From Candidatus Latescibacterota bacterium (GTDB lineage Bacteria > Latescibacterota > UBA2968 > GCA-2709665), in contig CBDCOX010000002.1 in assembly GCA_965219995.1 (NCBI GenBank), forward strand, positions 3,072,001 to 3,136,000: a stretch of 64,000 bases of DNA, in the 5' to 3' direction. Shown in pieces: positions 30,527 to 39,914 of this stretch. The translations under genes and the position numbers were made by a program. The notes under the pieces are model-generated. The model saw only the letters and a list, made by a program, of their open reading frames with translations, was not told the DNA's origin and made no database searches. Each line of letters begins with the position of its first letter. Positions within the stretch are counted from its first letter, which is position 1.

Positions 30527-31122
30527 AGAAGGAGGAAGGAAAAAGGAAGAAGGAAGAAGGAAAACCTGAAACCGGGGAGACGTGAGACGGGAGACGGGAG
30601 ATGACGTCCCTGCCTGACGGGTACTTCTTTTGTGCCTCCGGCGAGAAATGAATCCGCACCGGGCAAGAAAACCGGTGAGACGGAAGACGGTAGACGGTAG
30701 ATGAAGACATTTGCAGCAGTGTTTCCGCATAAACCGTGCCTGCTTATTTGCCGCAATCGTAACGGCAACAAACACTATAGGGCACTCACAGTATCTCCCT
30801 TCTTACGTCTACCCTCTCACCGCTTCTTCGAGACCTACCCCCTGACCCCCTTCCTAAAGGAAGGGGGAAGCAGGATCCTATCACGTGTCGCTCGTTTTCC
30901 TTTCCTTTAGGAAAGGGTCCCTGCCTGCCGGTGGTTTCTCGGCAGGCAGGGGGGATAGGTCTGCGTAAATTCGGTGAGACGTAAGACGGGAGACGGGAGA
31001 TGAAGACATTTACAGCAGTGTTTCTACATAAACCGTGCCTGTTTCTCTACCGTTATCGTAACGACTGGAAGAACCATAGGGCACTGACATCATCTCACGT
31101 CTAACGTCTCCCCTCTCACCGC
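30527..31122 (+). repeat. Modular heptamer-armed hairpin element, copy 4 (GGAAGAA leader, A + B, intervening REP-like palindromes, B)
   Basis: Core A at 30601, core B at 30701 and 31000; a different palindrome family occupies 30831-30962. Confidence 0.9.
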
Positions 31123-31234
31123 TTTTAGGGAATTTGGGGAAAAGGGGGTTTTGAATTTGATGCTTGATTTTGGTTCTGGCTGATGGCTGACCGCTGATTA
31201 CCGCTCTTTGCTGCTTTACCATACGTTTTCACAC

Positions 31235-31263
31235 TTGATATCTGAACGTTTGTGCAGTATATT
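31235..31263 (+). promoter_or_regulatory. Sigma70-type promoter TTGATA-N17-TATATT with a candidate LexA box GAAC-N4-GTGC in the spacer
   Basis: -35 at 31235-31240, -10 at 31258-31263, GAACGTTTGTGC at 31244-31255; ATG follows at 31270. Confidence 0.6.
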
Positions 31264-31269
31264 CGGGAC

Positions 31270-32067
31270 ATGGCGCACAGCCACCTGGAAATCGAAGAGA
31301 CCGCGGCGCGTTCGGTCCTGATGCCGCAGGACGGTCCGCCCGTTACCCGGTACACCCTGAATCCGTACGTCGGATGCGGCATGGGATGCGCGTATTGCTA
31401 CGTGATGAAATACCCCTATGCCGAGGAACACCCCCTGCCCTGGGGCGCATGGGTGCAGCCCAAGATGAACGCTCCCTTTCTCCTGGGCAAGGCGCGGGAC
31501 AAAATCTGGGGCCGGCGGATCTTCGTGGGTTCGGCCACGGACCCTTACCAATACGTGGAGCGCCAGTACCGGCTGACCCGCCGATGCCTGAACGTGCTGG
31601 AGGACTGCAACCCGAAAGACGTTGTGGTGCATACGCGGAGCCACCTGGTCCTGGACGACCTGGAATTGCTCCGCGCATTCAAGTCCCCGCTGCGGGTGTG
31701 TTTTTCCGTGCCGACGGACGACGATCGCGTACGCAGAAAGCTGGAGCCGCACGCCCCTCGCATCGACGTGCGGCTGAAGACCATGCGGCGCCTCAGGACC
31801 GAAGGCATTCACGTTACCGCGGCGGTGGCGCCTCTGCTCCACTGCGATCCGGCCCGCTTCGTCCGGCTGCTTCACGACGCCGCGGACGACGTCTACACCA
31901 CGTCGATGCGCTATACCGACAAAACGGGCCTCGGATCGACGGACGGAGCCCGGGCCTATTTCGAGAGCGCCCGGTACAGAGACCTGGTCGCCGAAACGGA
32001 ACGCTGCCTCGACGCGGCGGGCCTGAACACGAACGGAGACGACGAAAGAGACTTCGCGTCGAGGTGA
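31270..32067 (+). CDS. SPL-like radical SAM DNA-repair protein
   Basis: LNPYVGCGMGCAYCY (CxxxCxxC), GSATDPYQ..E..YRLTR, LEPHAP. Confidence 0.85.
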   Translation: MAHSHLEIEETAARSVLMPQDGPPVTRYTLNPYVGCGMGCAYCYVMKYPYAEEHPLPWGAWVQPKMNAPFLLGKARDKIWGRRIFVGSATDPYQYVERQYRLTRRCLNVLEDCNPKDVVVHTRSHLVLDDLELLRAFKSPLRVCFSVPTDDDRVRRKLEPHAPRIDVRLKTMRRLRTEGIHVTAAVAPLLHCDPARFVRLLHDAADDVYTTSMRYTDKTGLGSTDGARAYFESARYRDLVAETERCLDAAGLNTNGDDERDFASR

Positions 32068-32239
32068 GCGGTGGGTGCCACACTGGCGGAAAACTTGCCG
32101 AATGTTTCTTTGGACAAATGGTGCTTGGCGGTGTATCTTTTTATGATGGGATTGTCGCTATCTTAGCCGAAAAAATCTCGGCTTCGGATCGAGAGGGTCA
32201 AACGCAAAGAGAAAAGTGGAAATACGTGGAGGTGATCCC

Positions 32240-33322
32240 ATGTGCCAGATTATGTTGGACGTGGTTGCAAACAACGAGTCGGGTGGTCACCCGACAGATG
32301 AACAAGGCGCGGTACCCCTGCCCGCCGATGGCGACGTGCATCGTCGTGGCGATGTATTCATCCATTTCGATCGATCCGAAAGGTTGTATGACCATTGGCC
32401 GACTCCGACCTGTATTGTCTCGGACGGTCCGTATGGACTCAGCGGATTTCCAGGGGACCTTCCAACTCCTAAGGATCTTTGCGACTGGTATCGACCTCAC
32501 GTTAGTGCCTGGTCAGAACGGGCATCTCCTATAACGACGTTGTGGTTTTGGAACTCTGAAGTCGGATGGGCGACGGTCCATCCACTTCTGTTGGAATGTG
32601 GTTGGGAATATCGGGCCTGCCATGTGTGGGATAAGGGCTTGGGACACGTCGCCGGTAACTCGAATACGTCGACGCTACGCAGATTTCCGGTTGTAACGGA
32701 AGTTTGTGTACAGTACACAAAAAATGCCCAATTTCATAAGGGCGATCGTACGATGAACATGCAGGAATGGCTTCGACATGAGTGGAGACGATCAGGACTT
32801 CCCTTCAGGCTGGCCAATGAAGCCTGTGGGGTAGTCAATGCGGCTACCCGGAAGTATCTAACGGTAGACCACATGTGGTACTATCCACCAGTTGATGCAT
32901 TTGTTCGCATGTCCGATTACGTAAATGCCAAAGGAAATCAAGATGGACGACCATATTTCAGTATAGATGGCAGGCGGCCGGTCTCTGGTGATGAATGGAG
33001 ACGTATGCGGGCAAAGTTCCGATGTCCTGCGGGAGTAACGAACGTCTGGAAACATCCCCAGGTGTCTGGTTCGGAGAGAGTGAACGGAACACGAACTCGT
33101 ATGAAGTGGAAGTACAAGAGCCTTCACGGAAGTCAGAAGCCACTTAAACTCGTTGAATTGACCATTGTTTCAACAACGGATCCCCAGGATATCGTATGGG
33201 AACCATTTGGAGGATTGTGTCCTGCTGCTGTATGTTCGTGGAAACACTCCAGGAAGTGCTATAGCGCAGAAGTCCTCCCTGAATTCTACTTGGCTGCTGC
33301 TCATCGACTGGATTTTGCATAA
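32240..33322 (+). CDS. DNA N4-C/N6-A methyltransferase (beta class)
   Basis: GGAGGTG RBS before ATG 32240; motif IV variant SDGPYG, HGSQKP, motif I WEPFGG near the C-terminus; lower GC than flanks. Confidence 0.8.
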   Translation: MCQIMLDVVANNESGGHPTDEQGAVPLPADGDVHRRGDVFIHFDRSERLYDHWPTPTCIVSDGPYGLSGFPGDLPTPKDLCDWYRPHVSAWSERASPITTLWFWNSEVGWATVHPLLLECGWEYRACHVWDKGLGHVAGNSNTSTLRRFPVVTEVCVQYTKNAQFHKGDRTMNMQEWLRHEWRRSGLPFRLANEACGVVNAATRKYLTVDHMWYYPPVDAFVRMSDYVNAKGNQDGRPYFSIDGRRPVSGDEWRRMRAKFRCPAGVTNVWKHPQVSGSERVNGTRTRMKWKYKSLHGSQKPLKLVELTIVSTTDPQDIVWEPFGGLCPAAVCSWKHSRKCYSAEVLPEFYLAAAHRLDFA

Positions 33323-34107
33323 TGGATGCCAATGCTATACCTCCTGCACCATTGCGCAATGAACCCACATCGTGGGAACATTACGATCTATGGTTGAGAG
33401 TTCAGGAGGCAATTCGGGCCGTTCCAGATAGGTTTTCAACACCAACGGTGATCGAAGGACTGCTTGTTACAGATATTTTCACGCTCAATACGCCTCTGGC
33501 AGCAACGATTGAAGAGCAAGTTGTTAAAACGCTGAACACGCTGAGACCAGTGTGGGACGTAAACGGGAAATATCAGACCTATTCGTTTGTTAGACAACCT
33601 CAGACATTTCCGGACGTAGTGCTCAGAAGGACCGATGATGGACAAACGATCCTGATGGGGATTGAACTCAAGGGTTGGTATCTTCTTGCGCGAGAAGGCG
33701 TCCCGACCTATCGATTCACAACAACGTCGGCAGCGTGCCATCCCTGGGATTTGTTGGTTGTGATGCCGTGGGTCTTATCAAACGTGCTTTCTGGTTCACC
33801 AGTGATCTTTAGCCCGTTCGTTGAGACCGCCCTATATTGCGCTCAACAACGTAACTACTATTGGCAGTATGAAAGAGCGGCCGAGTCGAATTCCACCATC
33901 CATGTTCCGGACGACGTTGGCCCATATCCGCTTAAGAGCGATCAGATATCCGACAAACCAGCGCATGACGGCGGTGGAAATTTCGGACGAATTGCAAGAT
34001 ACGGTATCATGAATGAGTATATTGAACGGATGAAGGCAACACGCATCCGAGGAGTAAGGGTGTCGGACTGGTTAAAATTCCTGGAATTGCACGCCGCGAG
34101 TAGATAA
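33322..34107 (+). CDS. Putative Type II restriction endonuclease (PD-(D/E)xK)
   Basis: TAATG coupling to the MTase; FPDVVL...GIELKGW motif. Confidence 0.65.
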   Translation: MDANAIPPAPLRNEPTSWEHYDLWLRVQEAIRAVPDRFSTPTVIEGLLVTDIFTLNTPLAATIEEQVVKTLNTLRPVWDVNGKYQTYSFVRQPQTFPDVVLRRTDDGQTILMGIELKGWYLLAREGVPTYRFTTTSAACHPWDLLVVMPWVLSNVLSGSPVIFSPFVETALYCAQQRNYYWQYERAAESNSTIHVPDDVGPYPLKSDQISDKPAHDGGGNFGRIARYGIMNEYIERMKATRIRGVRVSDWLKFLELHAASR

Positions 34108-34360
34108 GTGCTACCTATATGGTCGTGCAGAATTTGATTAGAGAGTCTTTTGACATCCTCAGTCAACTTCCACAAGATGCCAGGAAACAGACTTCAGAAT
34201 CGTACTTTCATATAAACGATCCTGCACAGTTTTCGCCGATCTCGAATAGCCCACGAAGATTAATGAAACCCAATTTTTCGAGAAAATCAGCGAGTTGCCC
34301 ATGGCTAAGACGTACCCCTTCCTGTAAGTCCTACCGCGCGCGCCAGTCTCACCGTTAGAC

Positions 34361-37300
34361 TTATCGCGAATTCGATTCTTCCCCACTGACATCGAAAACA
34401 ACGACGGATATCCTTCGAGCTTCCTCATCGGAAAGCGTGGCTTCCAATCCTGCCCGAAGCTCACCGGGAGTACCTGGACGCGTCCCCGACGGGTCTGGCT
34501 GTGTGTCCTCTTCACCGAACCAGAAAACCAGGTAAATTCCCTGTCCGGCGGCAGCGGGTTCTCGTGTGTATTTGGCAATCAACTGGGTCCGTATCGCGTT
34601 CCAAAGATCGGGGTGGTTGTTCTTCTTGATCTCCACAGGCACGTTTAAGCCATCGTAGTTGACCCGAATGTCCGATCGCTTGTCGTTTGCGTAACGACCC
34701 TCTGGATGGGCGTCAATTTGTAGAGGAGACAGTTTGTATTTCAAATCGGAAAGCAGTGCGTCGCGGCAGAGTTCTTCATGTTTCGGTTCTCGGATCTCCT
34801 CATCAGAGGGTTTTTCCCAATATTGACGCCAGTCGGAGGTGTTTCCGTCTCGGATGTTCCGTCCGACGTCTTGTAGATGATCCGTCACGAGCGCAGCGAG
34901 GTCGGCGGCGTTGGCCGGGCTGCCGCTGTCCAGGGTCCGGCAGACTTGCTCGGGTTCCGGATGGCGATAGCTTGCGTCTCGTTGAATAACCCGTTGGGAG
35001 TCCCGCGCACGCGACAACACCATGTGCCATCGGGACAGATCCGGTTCGGCAAGAAGCCTTTCCAAAGCGTCACTTGCGTCTTTGCCGCTGGACTCAGCGA
35101 GACGTCGTATGAATGCACTAACAAGCTCAGAGCCCTCTGTTGTGGACGTGCTCCATTGGTCGTCCCTTTCGTTTTGAAACTCATATGGCCTGTAGTAGCT
35201 TCCAATAAGGCGAATGAAGACTTCCAACACCGGGATTTGGAGCTCAATATCGGAGAGTGAGAAGCCGGCGCGTGGAAACACAGAGGGGAAGAATCCCGCC
35301 AAGTATCGAATCCGAATTTCTCGACCTTGCACAAAGTCCGTTAAACGACTAACGTGCGACCGCGACGCAAGCACAACCGCTGCTGCCAACCAGTGCACGC
35401 GCTGAGTAACGTTCATGCTCGAAAGGGACAACTTCCGTTCAATCGATTTCTGAAGCGACGCTTTATCCGCATGCTGAATTGCGGCCCACAACAGATGGTC
35501 CAGCGTTTCAATCTGGGTGGCGTTACACCGCGTCGGAAATGCTCGCAAAAGCGGCAGGCTTGCCAGTCTTGCGACCTGAGCGTGTTTCGTGTCATGTGCG
35601 ATAACAAAAGGTCCGGAAACGTACTTCCTGCCTGCACGAAGATCGGAAATGACACATCTAACCATCATGTTGGCTACCAGACCCGGACGTAATTCCAGGA
35701 TTTGCTGATACCAGCTCGGACGGTTGGAACTGGCCGAACAGAAATGGAATGCCAACGCTCGCCGCATCTGGTTTTCATTGAGGTAACTGAGTTTTTCTGG
35801 TGTCGTATCTCCTATTTCAGCCATGGCCGACAGAAATGGCCAGCCGATGTGGTACACCCTGCCCTCTTCCTTAAGGGCGAGAATGTCCTCGACATCCGGT
35901 ATGTCTTCCCTTTCCACTACACCGCAAATCCCCTGACGAACTGCAGCAATCAAGTTGTGATCTCGTCCCAAGTCCTGCTTGATATCCCGGGGTCCCGAAA
36001 CACTGCTATAGTTGATCGAATCTGAGAAATATCTGGCCGCAATCTCTGTGAGCAGGGCCGGATCGGCCCGGTTCTCGCGCAGCGCAGTCTCGTTATCCCG
36101 AAGACGGTCCAACCACTCCTCCTCCTGGCGCCTCCTCCGATCGATGTACCCCTCTCCGCGCCTGTCCCGGTCTTCCACGCGATCACCTCGCGGTGCATCT
36201 CCATGACCACGTAACTGAGCAAGCCGCGTCATTAATGCCTCGTTTTTGCTCGCGTGTTTCACAAGCAATTCGATTGACAGGCCCTCGCAACCGCTCCGTT
36301 GAGAATGGCACTGCCAGGCGAGTTCCAGCAGATATTCCGCAATCTGTGGTTTCGCGCATGCCATTTCAACGGCCTCATTTAAACACCAAAGACCGAAATC
36401 CGCCGGCAGGGCGGCGCCGTAAAGGCGCTCTTGCACCTTCAGCGCGTTATATCTGAATTCGTCGGATTCGGGACATCGTTTAAGGCCCTCGACGAACACT
36501 TTCTTTAGGAGTTCGGGGCGGTCCTGAAGCCAGGACCCTATTTTGCGAAACGCGGTTTCGTCGACTTTGCGGACGCCGTGAATCTCTGAGAAACCTACGT
36601 TTAACCATCCGTAGAGTCGTTCGATATCTGCTGGCTCGTCAAGTGATAGCAGGCCACGAGCCAGCAATCTCAGCGGAAGGCGTTCGAGATGCAGGCGGCC
36701 TTCCAGTGCGGAACGCAAATCAGGAAGCCATTGCTGCATAGCATCCAGGAGTTCGACAATCTGCCGGTCCGAAGACCCTTCCGGAAGCACATGCTCCCAG
36801 AACCACCAGTACGTGCCACTTAAATCCGTTTCCCGAGTTTCGGACAGGTGTTCCCATATCTCCCCTGGAAGCACGTAACGGGGATAAAGCCGCGTCAACA
36901 GAGTTCCGAGAAGTTCATTGTCCGGATCGGATACACGACCGGCCTTTACGTCTTTTAACAGCGTCTTGAGAATTCGAACTTGGCGTTTTTCATCCTCGCA
37001 GCGAACCAATGCATCGAGTGCCAAACCATTTATGTCCGGCCAACGGGTCTCGTCACGGACGATGTCAAGCAGGAGATCCGAAAGATCCGGTCCTGGGGCG
37101 CCTTCGCGTAGAAACCGCAACACGAAATCGACGAACGTCTGTTGTTCGGTTGCGCGGCTCCGGTTTCTCAGGACGTCCCTCAGCGCGGGTTCCATATTGG
37201 GCGTGGCGAGAGGGCCGAAAGCGTCCGCGATTTCAATTGAACCAAGTCGCGACGCCTCGCGGTTAAGGGTCTTCAGGAGTTCCGTTTTCTCTTCGAGCGT

Positions 37301-38452
37301 ATATCCACTGATATCGCCGTAGAGACCGACGCCGATCGGATCACGGTCGATGAGTTCGCTTCGTGCGCTCTTTGAATGAGCGGCTAGCCAGGCGGACAGT
37401 CCCCTCAATCCAGTCACCACCGTTCCGTCCTCGCCCGTGATGAGCGAGAGGGTCCGCCGAACTGAAAGTCCGTCTTCGATCAGACGTGCGAGATATCGAG
37501 CACCAAGGAATTCGGCGACGTGCCGGTGAATCGGGGCGAAGCGGCTAAGCTCACTGAAATCTGCTTTGAAAAGTTTTGTCGAAAGCACGGACCGTAGAAT
37601 CTCTGGATTTTCATAATGAAATTCCTCCAAAGAGGGAAAGTCCGCGTCCGGATCACCGGTGGCCTGCGCGTACCCTTCTATACCAGAAATGAGCTGGACA
37701 GCGCAAAGACGCCCCACGGCGTCCAACAACTGGTTTGTATTCGCCGGCTGACTTGCAGCTATGTGTTCTACATTGTGCTCCCGAACCAGGTGCGAACAGG
37801 CTAGCTCAAAGGTTTGCAGGCGACTCTCCGGCCATTGTTCGCTACGTATTATAATGGTGACCAGCAATTTAAGGGTCAGCGGGTTCTGGAGCAGGCCGTC
37901 AATCCTCCGTTCGCTGACATTTTCCATGAAGGCTCGAGGATCTTTGATACCCTTGTTCTCCAATATCCTGACAGTTTCCGATTCCGTGAGGGGATCAAGG
38001 CGCAGGACTGTAACCATCGCGTCCGGCGAAACGGTCTCCAGGCGCTTCCAATCGTTGTTCCCCAGCCAATCTGCTTCCCGGCACGACAGCCGGAAGCGAG
38101 GTCGCCCCAGCTTTTCAAGCCGTTTGCGAAGTCTATCGAGGGGTTTGCGAACGTCTGAAACGCCAACCCGGACCTCGTCAAGCCCATCGACAAAAAGCGT
38201 CTTGCCGCGCCATTCGGGATGCTCGTTGAGAGACAGTTCAAGAAAGTCACGTGCGTCGACCTTGCAGGCTTCTTCTCCAAGGGCCTCGCATTCGGTCTCG
38301 AACGCGGTGGTCTTTCCCGAGCCTGGATCACCCAACAATACATAAGCCGGAATATCCCGAAGCTCGGCCATCGGTCGTGAATCTCTTACCTGAATCCATT
38401 TCTCGGCACCGGACGGGACGACTGTACACGTGCGTGGGACCATTGTTTTCAT
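34361..38452 (-). CDS. NACHT/STAND-like ATPase with long helical region and C-terminal PD-(D/E)xK-like nuclease domain
   Basis: Walker A GDPGSGKT, Walker B LFVDGLDE, LSCR, NPLTL; C-terminal RSDIRV..PVEIKK..QLIAKY..GIYLVFWFG. Confidence 0.75.
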   Translation of the reverse strand: MKTMVPRTCTVVPSGAEKWIQVRDSRPMAELRDIPAYVLLGDPGSGKTTAFETECEALGEEACKVDARDFLELSLNEHPEWRGKTLFVDGLDEVRVGVSDVRKPLDRLRKRLEKLGRPRFRLSCREADWLGNNDWKRLETVSPDAMVTVLRLDPLTESETVRILENKGIKDPRAFMENVSERRIDGLLQNPLTLKLLVTIIIRSEQWPESRLQTFELACSHLVREHNVEHIAASQPANTNQLLDAVGRLCAVQLISGIEGYAQATGDPDADFPSLEEFHYENPEILRSVLSTKLFKADFSELSRFAPIHRHVAEFLGARYLARLIEDGLSVRRTLSLITGEDGTVVTGLRGLSAWLAAHSKSARSELIDRDPIGVGLYGDISGYTLEEKTELLKTLNREASRLGSIEIADAFGPLATPNMEPALRDVLRNRSRATEQQTFVDFVLRFLREGAPGPDLSDLLLDIVRDETRWPDINGLALDALVRCEDEKRQVRILKTLLKDVKAGRVSDPDNELLGTLLTRLYPRYVLPGEIWEHLSETRETDLSGTYWWFWEHVLPEGSSDRQIVELLDAMQQWLPDLRSALEGRLHLERLPLRLLARGLLSLDEPADIERLYGWLNVGFSEIHGVRKVDETAFRKIGSWLQDRPELLKKVFVEGLKRCPESDEFRYNALKVQERLYGAALPADFGLWCLNEAVEMACAKPQIAEYLLELAWQCHSQRSGCEGLSIELLVKHASKNEALMTRLAQLRGHGDAPRGDRVEDRDRRGEGYIDRRRRQEEEWLDRLRDNETALRENRADPALLTEIAARYFSDSINYSSVSGPRDIKQDLGRDHNLIAAVRQGICGVVEREDIPDVEDILALKEEGRVYHIGWPFLSAMAEIGDTTPEKLSYLNENQMRRALAFHFCSASSNRPSWYQQILELRPGLVANMMVRCVISDLRAGRKYVSGPFVIAHDTKHAQVARLASLPLLRAFPTRCNATQIETLDHLLWAAIQHADKASLQKSIERKLSLSSMNVTQRVHWLAAAVVLASRSHVSRLTDFVQGREIRIRYLAGFFPSVFPRAGFSLSDIELQIPVLEVFIRLIGSYYRPYEFQNERDDQWSTSTTEGSELVSAFIRRLAESSGKDASDALERLLAEPDLSRWHMVLSRARDSQRVIQRDASYRHPEPEQVCRTLDSGSPANAADLAALVTDHLQDVGRNIRDGNTSDWRQYWEKPSDEEIREPKHEELCRDALLSDLKYKLSPLQIDAHPEGRYANDKRSDIRVNYDGLNVPVEIKKNNHPDLWNAIRTQLIAKYTREPAAAGQGIYLVFWFGEEDTQPDPSGTRPGTPGELRAGLEATLSDEEARRISVVVFDVSGEESNSR

Positions 38453-39702
38453 CGTTCCTCAAACCAGTGGTTTGCCGGTTTCGTCAGAAACTCACTCAGG
38501 CCGATACCGCCTTCTCCGACAAGCAGCGATCGATACGGACGAAAACGCTGATTGAATATTTCCATTCCACGAGAAGTCAGGTTCTTCATACCGCTCTTGA
38601 CCTCGATGGCAATGATGCGGGGACCGCGATGCAGGACGAAGTCGACTTCGTGGGAACCTTCCCGCCAGTAGTATAGTCGAGTGTCCGGCGTCGCGGTGTT
38701 GAACAGATGTGCGCCAACCGCGCTCTCGACAATCCGTCCCCAGAATGAGCGGTCGGCCTGTGCTTCGTTGAGTGTGTACCCCGAAGCAGCCGTCATCAGG
38801 GCGGTGTTGAGCACGTTGAGCTTTGGGCTCGAGGCTCTTCGCCGATGCATTCGGCTGGCATACTTGGGCAAGCCAGTGAGCAACCCGGCGATCGAAAGTA
38901 ACTCCAGGTACCGGGAGAGTGTCGTGGTATTTCCTGCGTCCTGAAGATGACCCAGCATTTTGGTGTACGAAAGGATTTGTCCTGAGTAGGTGGCTCCCAG
39001 TTCGAAAAGCCGTTTCAACAGGGCCGGCTTATCGACACGGGTCATGGCGAGAATGTCCCGCTCGATGTTCGGCTCAATGAGGCCCCCGAGGATGTAGTTT
39101 CGCCACCTGACGGAGTTTCGAACCAAACGTGCGGCGCCAGGATAACCGCCGAAGTAGGAATACTTACGCAAATCGAAATCGAACGCCTCGACCATTTCAG
39201 CGAACGACCAATGCCTGACGTGGATGGGCTCGAAACGGCCGGCGAGGCTTTCGCTCAAACCCGATTGCATCAGCAGGGGCGCCGAACCAAGAATCACCAC
39301 GTGCAGGGGACAGCCGTTGGCGCGATCCGCGTCCCACAGGCCCTTCACCGTGTCTGACCACTGCGGAATCTTCTGAATCTCGTCGATCGCGAGCACAAAG
39401 CCGCGTCCGAATCGTTCGGCCTCCTGTCGGGCTTCTTCCCAGTTGTTCACCAGCCACGTCGTGTCACGCACCGGTTCCAAAGGGAGGGTAGATACGACAG
39501 TATCTGGAAAAGCGCGACGTTCATTGTTATGGTGTTCGTCCACGGAGACGTAGCGACTGTCGAGGTCAATCTGCTGGAGCGCCTGGCGCACGATGGTCGT
39601 CTTGCCGGTCTGACGGGGTCCGAAGAGGGTGATGATATGATGTGGCTCCTCGCCCAATCGGTCCATGAGCGTATTCACTTGATCACGCTGGAAGTATTTC
39701 AT
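38449..39702 (-). CDS. AAA_14 ATPase with DUF4143 C-terminal nuclease-like domain
   Basis: GPRQTGKTT, IDEIQK, ESLAGRF, GGYPG, EVDFV..IEVKS; ATGA overlap with the NACHT gene. Confidence 0.88.
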   Translation of the reverse strand: MKYFQRDQVNTLMDRLGEEPHHIITLFGPRQTGKTTIVRQALQQIDLDSRYVSVDEHHNNERRAFPDTVVSTLPLEPVRDTTWLVNNWEEARQEAERFGRGFVLAIDEIQKIPQWSDTVKGLWDADRANGCPLHVVILGSAPLLMQSGLSESLAGRFEPIHVRHWSFAEMVEAFDFDLRKYSYFGGYPGAARLVRNSVRWRNYILGGLIEPNIERDILAMTRVDKPALLKRLFELGATYSGQILSYTKMLGHLQDAGNTTTLSRYLELLSIAGLLTGLPKYASRMHRRRASSPKLNVLNTALMTAASGYTLNEAQADRSFWGRIVESAVGAHLFNTATPDTRLYYWREGSHEVDFVLHRGPRIIAIEVKSGMKNLTSRGMEIFNQRFRPYRSLLVGEGGIGLSEFLTKPANHWFEER

Positions 39703-39818
39703 ATCGGTAATTTACTCTATTGAGTAAATTTAGTCAAGAGCATAATTGCACCTGTCGCGACGGGATCTTTACCCGGGATAGGGAGGACTATTCACGCGGC
39801 TGCACACGGTACACGCGC

Positions 39819-39862
39819 AAAAAACGGGATGCGCGAAGGTGTGTGTTCCTTCGGGCATCCCG
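39819..39862 (-). terminator. Intrinsic terminator after pafA
   Basis: GGGATGC.CGAAGG-loop-CCTTCG.GCATCCC stem with an A run on the left (U tail on the minus strand). Confidence 0.6.
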
Positions 39863-39914
39863 ATTGCGTTTTTCTGCCTATGGCAGCGTGACTACGGGAA
39901 TGTGATGCGAGTCT

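Noticed and set aside
30255-31222. Small ORFs inside the repeat elements (MSSSTVYRL..., MKTFAAVF...) and the 490-aa extension of msrAB
   Set aside because: They arise from the heptamer repeats, frames are not conserved among copies, and they lack RBSs.
34119-34358. 79-aa ORF or gene remnant between the REase and NACHT genes
   Set aside because: No RBS or recognisable motif. It could be a decayed gene but cannot be supported.
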